From assembly GCA_964016885.1 (NCBI GenBank), contig OZ024756.1, positions 18,910,001 through 18,974,000 on the forward strand: a stretch of 64,000 bases of DNA, written 5' to 3'. The position numbers were made by a program, and so were the translations under genes. A model generated the notes under the pieces. That model searched no databases. It saw nothing but the letters and a program-made list of their open reading frames with translations, and had not been told where the DNA came from. Positions 59,646 to 64,000 of this stretch are shown piece after piece. The number at the start of each line of letters is the position of its first letter. Position 1 is the first letter of the stretch. Origin of the DNA: Eledone cirrhosa (taxonomy: Eukaryota).

Positions 59646-62600
59646 AATTAAGGACAAAATGATGACATACAGACACACACAAGAACCAAACTAATTAAGG
59701 ACAAGATAAAGACATACAGACACACACAAGAACCAAACTAATTAAGGACAAGATAAAGACATACAGACACACACAAGAACCAAACTAATTAAGGACAAGA
59801 TAAAGACATACAGACACACACAAGAACCAAACTAATTAAGGACAAGATAAAGACATACAGACACACACAAAAACCAAACTAATTAAGGACAAGATAAAGA
59901 CATACAGACACACACAAGAACCAAACTAATTAAGGACAAGATAAAGACATACAGACACACACAAGAACCAAACTAATTAAGGACAAGATAAAGACATACA
60001 GACACACACAAAAACCAAACTAATTAAGGACAAGATAAAGACATACAGACACACACAAGAACCAAACTAATTAAGGACAAGATAAAGACATACAGACACA
60101 CACAAGAACCAAACTAATTAAGGACAAGATAAAGACATACAGACACACACAAGAACCAAACTAATTAAGGACAAGATAAAGACATACAGACACACACAAG
60201 AACCAAACTAATTAAGGACAAGATAAAGACATACAGACACACACAAGAACCAAACTAATTCAGGACAAGATAAAGACATACAGACACACACAAAAACCAA
60301 ACTAATTAAGGACAAGATAAAGACATACAGACACACACAAGAACCAAACTAATTAAGGACAAGATAAAGACATACAGACACACACAAGAACCAAACTAAT
60401 TAAGGACAAGATAAAGACATACAGACACACACAAGAACCAAACTAATTAAGGACAAGATAAAGACATACAGACACACACAAGAACCAAACTAATTCAGGA
60501 CAAGATAAAGACATACAGACACACACAAAAACCAAACTAATTAAGGACAAGATAAAGACATACAGACACACACAAGAACCAAACTAATTAAGGACAAGAT
60601 AAAGACATACAGACACACACAAGAACCAAACTAATTAAGGACAAGATAAAGACATACAGACACACACAAGAACCAAACTAATTAAGGACAAGATAAAGAC
60701 ATACAGACACACACAAGAACCAAACTAATTCAGGACAAGATAAAGACATACAGACACACACAAAAACCAAACTAATTAAGGACAAGATAAAGACATACAG
60801 ACACACACAAGAACCAAACTAATTAAGGACAAGATAAAGACATACAGACACACACAAGAACCAAACTAATTAAGGACAAGATAAAGACATACAGACACAC
60901 ACAAGAACCAAACTAATTAAGGACAAGATAAAGACATACAGACACACACAAGAACCAAACTAATTCAGGACAAGATAAAGACATACAGACACACACAAAA
61001 ACCAAACTAATTAAGGACAAGATAAAGACATACAGACACACACAAGAACCAAACTAATTAAGGACAAGATAAAGACATACAGACACACACAAGAACCAAA
61101 CTAATTAAGGACAAGATAAAGACATACAGACACACACAAGAACCAAACTAATTAAGGACAAGATAAAGACATACAGACACACACAAGAACCAAACTAATT
61201 CAGGACAAGATAAAGACATACAGACACACACAAAAACCAAACTAATTAAGGACAAGATAAAGACATACAGACACACACAAGAACCAAACTAATTAAGGAC
61301 AAGATAAAGACATACAGACACACACAAGAACCAAACTAATTAAGGACAAGATAAAGACATACAGATACACACAAGAACCAAACTAATTAAGGACAAGATA
61401 AAGACATACAGACACACACAAGAACCAAACTAATTCAGGACAAGATAAAGACATACAGACACACACAAAAACCAAACTAATTAAGGACAAGATAAAGACA
61501 TACAGACACACACAAGAACCAAACTAATTAAGGACAAGATAAAGACATACAGACACACACAAGAACCAAACTAATTAAGGACAAGATAAAGACATACAGA
61601 CACACACAAGAACCAAACTAATTAAGGACAAGATAAAGACATACAAACACACACAAGAACCAAACTAATTCAGGACAAGATAAAGACATACAGACACACA
61701 CAAAAACCAAACTAATTAAGGACAAGATAAAGACATACAGACACACACAAGAACCAAACTAATTAAGGACAAGATAAAGACATACAGACACACACAAGAA
61801 CCAAACTAATTAAGGACAAGATAAAGACATACAGACACACACAAGAACCAAACTAATTAAGGACAAGATAAAGACATACAGACACACACAAGAACCAAAC
61901 TAATTAAGGACAAGATAAAGACATACAGACACACACAAGAACCAAACTAATTAAGGACAAGATAAAGACATACAGACACACACAAGAACCAAACTAATTC
62001 AGGACAAGATAAAGACATACAGACACACACAAAAACCAAACTAATTAAGGACAAGATAAAGACATACAGACACACACAAGAACCAAACTAATTAAGGACA
62101 AGATAAAGACATACAGACACACACAAGAACCAAACTAATTAAGGACAAGATAAAGACATACAGACACACACAAGAACCAAACTAATTAAGGACAAGATAA
62201 AGACATACAGACACACACAAGAACCAAACTAATTAAGGACAAGATAAAGACATACAGACACACACAAGAACCAAACTAATTAAGGACAAGATAAAGACAT
62301 ACAGACACACACAAAAACCAAACTAATTAAGGACAAGATAAAGACATACAGACACACACAAGAACCAAACTAATTAAGGACAAGATAAAGACATACAGAC
62401 ACACATAAGAACCAAACTAATTAAGGACAAGATAAAGACATACAGACACACACAAGAACCAAACTAATTAAGGACAAGATAAAGACATACAGACACACAC
62501 AAGAACCAAACTAATTAAGGACAAGATAAAGACATACAGACACACACAAGAACCAAACTAATTAAGGACAAGATAAAGACATACAGACACACACAAAAAC

Positions 62601-62700
62601 CAAACTAATTAAGGACAAGATAAAGACATACAGACACACACAAGAACCAAACTAATTCAGGACAAGATAAAGACATACAGACACACACAAAAACCAAACT
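59645..62700. repeat. Highly homogeneous 47 bp satellite, ~65 copies
   Basis: Unit ctaattaaggacaagataaagacatacagacacacacaagaaccaaa. Confidence 0.98.
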
Positions 62701-63089
62701 AACAAATCAAACCAGACACACAGATAGAATAGAACAAGCAACCATCTAGTGAGAAATAAATAAACACTTAAATAAACACACACACAAACACACACACCCG
62801 GATGTAACGTATGCACAAACCAAGTACACAGCACACAATACACAAAAACAAGATTGTGTAGGACAGAACAAAGGAGAGAAACAAAATAAGAAATCAATCA
62901 CTGAGATCACAGTGGCGAAATAGCTTTGACAACATATAAACAAACATCTGGTTATCGAACCAACCATAAATTTGAAGTGAAAACCAGAGGTGCGTTGGTT
63001 TTATTGGCAGAATGACCCTCCCAAAGTATAACAATATCTGTTTCAACACACACTTTCAGATAAAATATCTTGCAAAACAAATCCCAAAA

Positions 63090-63132
<43 letters not shown>

Positions 63133-63135
63133 AAG

Positions 63136-63188
63136 GAGCTTCTACAGGACTAGTACTGTTTCATTCAGATGAAATCTTCAAGAAGCCC
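63136..63188 (-). ncRNA. Inverted hammerhead copy with C3U core change (family A)
   Basis: gggcttc TTGAAGA ... GAAA cag tactagtc ctg TA gaagctc; mirror image of 63190-63242. Confidence 0.55.
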
Positions 63189-63189
63189 T

Positions 63190-63242
63190 GAGCTTCCTGA
63201 AGATTTCATCTGAATGAAACAGTACTAGTCCTGTAGAAGCTC
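63190..63242 (+). ncRNA. Type I hammerhead ribozyme motif (family A)
   Basis: gagcttc CTGAAGA tttcatctgaat GAAA cag tactagtc ctg TA gaagctc; 7 bp stem I, palindromic ACTAGT in loop III. Confidence 0.82.
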
Positions 63243-63326
63243 CTTCTATAAAATAAAAAATTTTACTCTGCCATGTATTGAGTACCTTACTTACTGTGGT
63301 TATCCCCGACTCAACCCGGGACCTAC

Positions 63327-63360
<34 letters not shown>

Positions 63361-64000
63361 TCACACACACACACATATAATAAAAAAGACGAGGTGTTAG
63401 ATCTTCATTACATTTATTGAGGTGTGACGTGCGTAGACGTTACAGTTCCTAATCTATATATACACATACATATGTATGTGTATACATACATACACACGCA
63501 CGAAGCTACTTTATAGCAACTGATTGTAATTGCAGGTATTTTTTGTATCTTAGCTTCCTACACTTATATATACATATATAAATATATATATATAAATATA
63601 TATATCATCATCATCATCATCATCAACGTTTAACGTCCGTGTTCCACGCTTGCATGGGTTTGGACGGGGGTAGTCCCACTTGAGGCAAGAGTGATTGTCT
63701 TGCTCGCATAGGACTGTCTGGCAGGTTTTCTACAGTTGGATGCCCTTCCTAACACCAACCACATTTACAGTGTGGGTCTGGGAGGTTTTTACCGTGTTGC
63801 CTACACGGCCACATTACAGCGTGGACTGTGTGTTTTTTGTCGTGACACCTACACGATCTCATTTGTTTCGGCCTCGATGGCGCGGCACCAACATAACTCT
63901 ACATAGAACGGGGTGGTGTGGATCGGGTGGGGGTGGGGGTGGTGGGACGGGGTGTATTTTGTTAGAGATGCCTACTGGCTGGAGTAGGTTTTACTATATA

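Larger units (their letters stand above)
63128..63325. repeat. Fold-back mini element: two back-to-back HHRs plus ~75 nt tail, in (TA)n
   Basis: 63128-63188 mirrors 63190-63250; tail actctgccatgtattgagtaccttacttactgtggtta.. also occurs inverted at 44298-44364. Confidence 0.9.

Noticed and set aside
59645-62700. Regular 47 bp array (and 25/31/34/42 bp arrays) as CRISPR
   Set aside because: No unique spacers, no cas genes, eukaryotic context; simple tandem repeats
63002-63036. tattgg CAGAATGA ccctccc AAAGTATAA caata as a divergent hammerhead (related repeat inverted at ~12790-12830)
   Set aside because: Both core strands deviate, stem II does not pair, and the second copy is disrupted

Overview
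AT-rich, repeat-dense eukaryotic DNA, most likely a cephalopod (Octopus-like) genome; this is inferred from the SINE families and huge (TA)n/(TACA)n/(CA)n/(GA)n tracts, not proven. Almost all long ORFs in the ORF track are microsatellite artefacts. One host gene is supported: a + strand calponin-family gene with four GT-AG coding exons (25863-25993, 27700-27802, 29632-29769, 40247-41140) encoding a CH domain and 7 calponin repeats; its first coding exon was not found. The rest is mobile DNA and repeats: Penelope-like element (PLE) fragments with GIY-YIG endonuclease, RTE and other LINE remnants, a bipartite non-autonomous RTE family, two non-autonomous Helitrons, MITEs, many tRNA-derived SINEs and several mini/satellites. 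The most striking unexplained signal is about 14 type I hammerhead-ribozyme (HHR) motifs in at least 6 sequence families. Nearly all sit in short inserts next to (TA)n tracts and many are back-to-back in long fold-back hairpins. They include core variants (CAGAAGA, CCGAAGA, UUGAAGA). A further recurring HHR-like motif has its CUGANGA strand replaced by a competing helix. All RNA structures were paired by eye; none was computed or tested.
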